A stretch of DNA of 64,000 nucleotides from Camelus dromedarius (Eukaryota), in assembly GCF_036321535.1 (NCBI RefSeq), contig NC_087437.1, positions 76,758,001-76,822,000 on the forward strand. Reading direction: 5' to 3'. The notes below the pieces were generated by a model that was given only the letters and a program-made list of their open reading frames with translations, had not been told where the DNA came from and did no database searches. The position numbers and the translations under genes were made by a program. The first letter of the stretch is position 1. The number at the start of each line of letters is the position of its first letter. Of the stretch, positions 63,777 through 64,000 are shown piece after piece.

Positions 63777-64000
63777 CAGTTGTACCTTGGTATCCATGGG
63801 AGATTGGTTTTAGGACCCCTTGTAGATACCAAAATTGAAGGATGCTCAAGTCATTTATATAAAATGACTAGATTACTTATAATACCTAATACAATGTCAG
63901 TGCTATGTAAATAGTTGCTGGTGCAAATTCAAGTTTTGCTTTTTGGAACTTTCTGGAATTTTTTTAAAAAATATTTTTGATTTGAGGTTGGATGAATCTG
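63777..64000 (+). mobile_element. MER2B-like Tigger MITE inserted at TA in MLT1A, running off the window end
   Basis: TA|cagttgtaccttggtatccatgggagattgg...ggatgctcaagtc...tagattacttataatacctaatacaatg. Confidence 0.88.

Overview
This is AT-rich mammalian genomic DNA, non-coding (intergenic or deep intronic) and dense in transposon fossils. I can support no protein-coding gene, RNA gene or CRISPR array. The only ORF-track peptides I recognise are broken LINE-1 ORF2 pieces. Repeat family names come from recalled consensus features, not from a database search. The window has ancient eutherian repeats (MIR, L2, L3/CR1, L1M, MLT1/MLT2, LTR16, MER5A, MER2, MER82), several ERV1-type solo LTRs (two with intact 4-bp target-site duplications) and younger L1 copies with artiodactyl-type 3' UTRs. 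The youngest L1 (51.1-51.8 kb) resembles camelid L1, and I see no Alu, Bov-tA, PRE-1 or Can-SINE, so a camelid source is a plausible inference. The most notable items are: a perfect 68-bp tandem duplication of a CTCF-like site (8.1 kb); a tail-less L1 fragment with a 17-bp TSD (18.2 kb); a decayed pogo/Tigger-like HTH reading frame (27.8 kb); a CpG/G4/CTCF-like element (38.3 kb); an NF-kB/ETS/AP-1/TATA cluster (46.3 kb); a possible exon-micro-intron-ATG mini-exon (48.7 kb); and an L1 that appears to have replaced part of an older L1 and carries a duplicated RT catalytic motif (58.5-62 kb). I found no convincing new biological system; the regulatory and splice calls are hypotheses.
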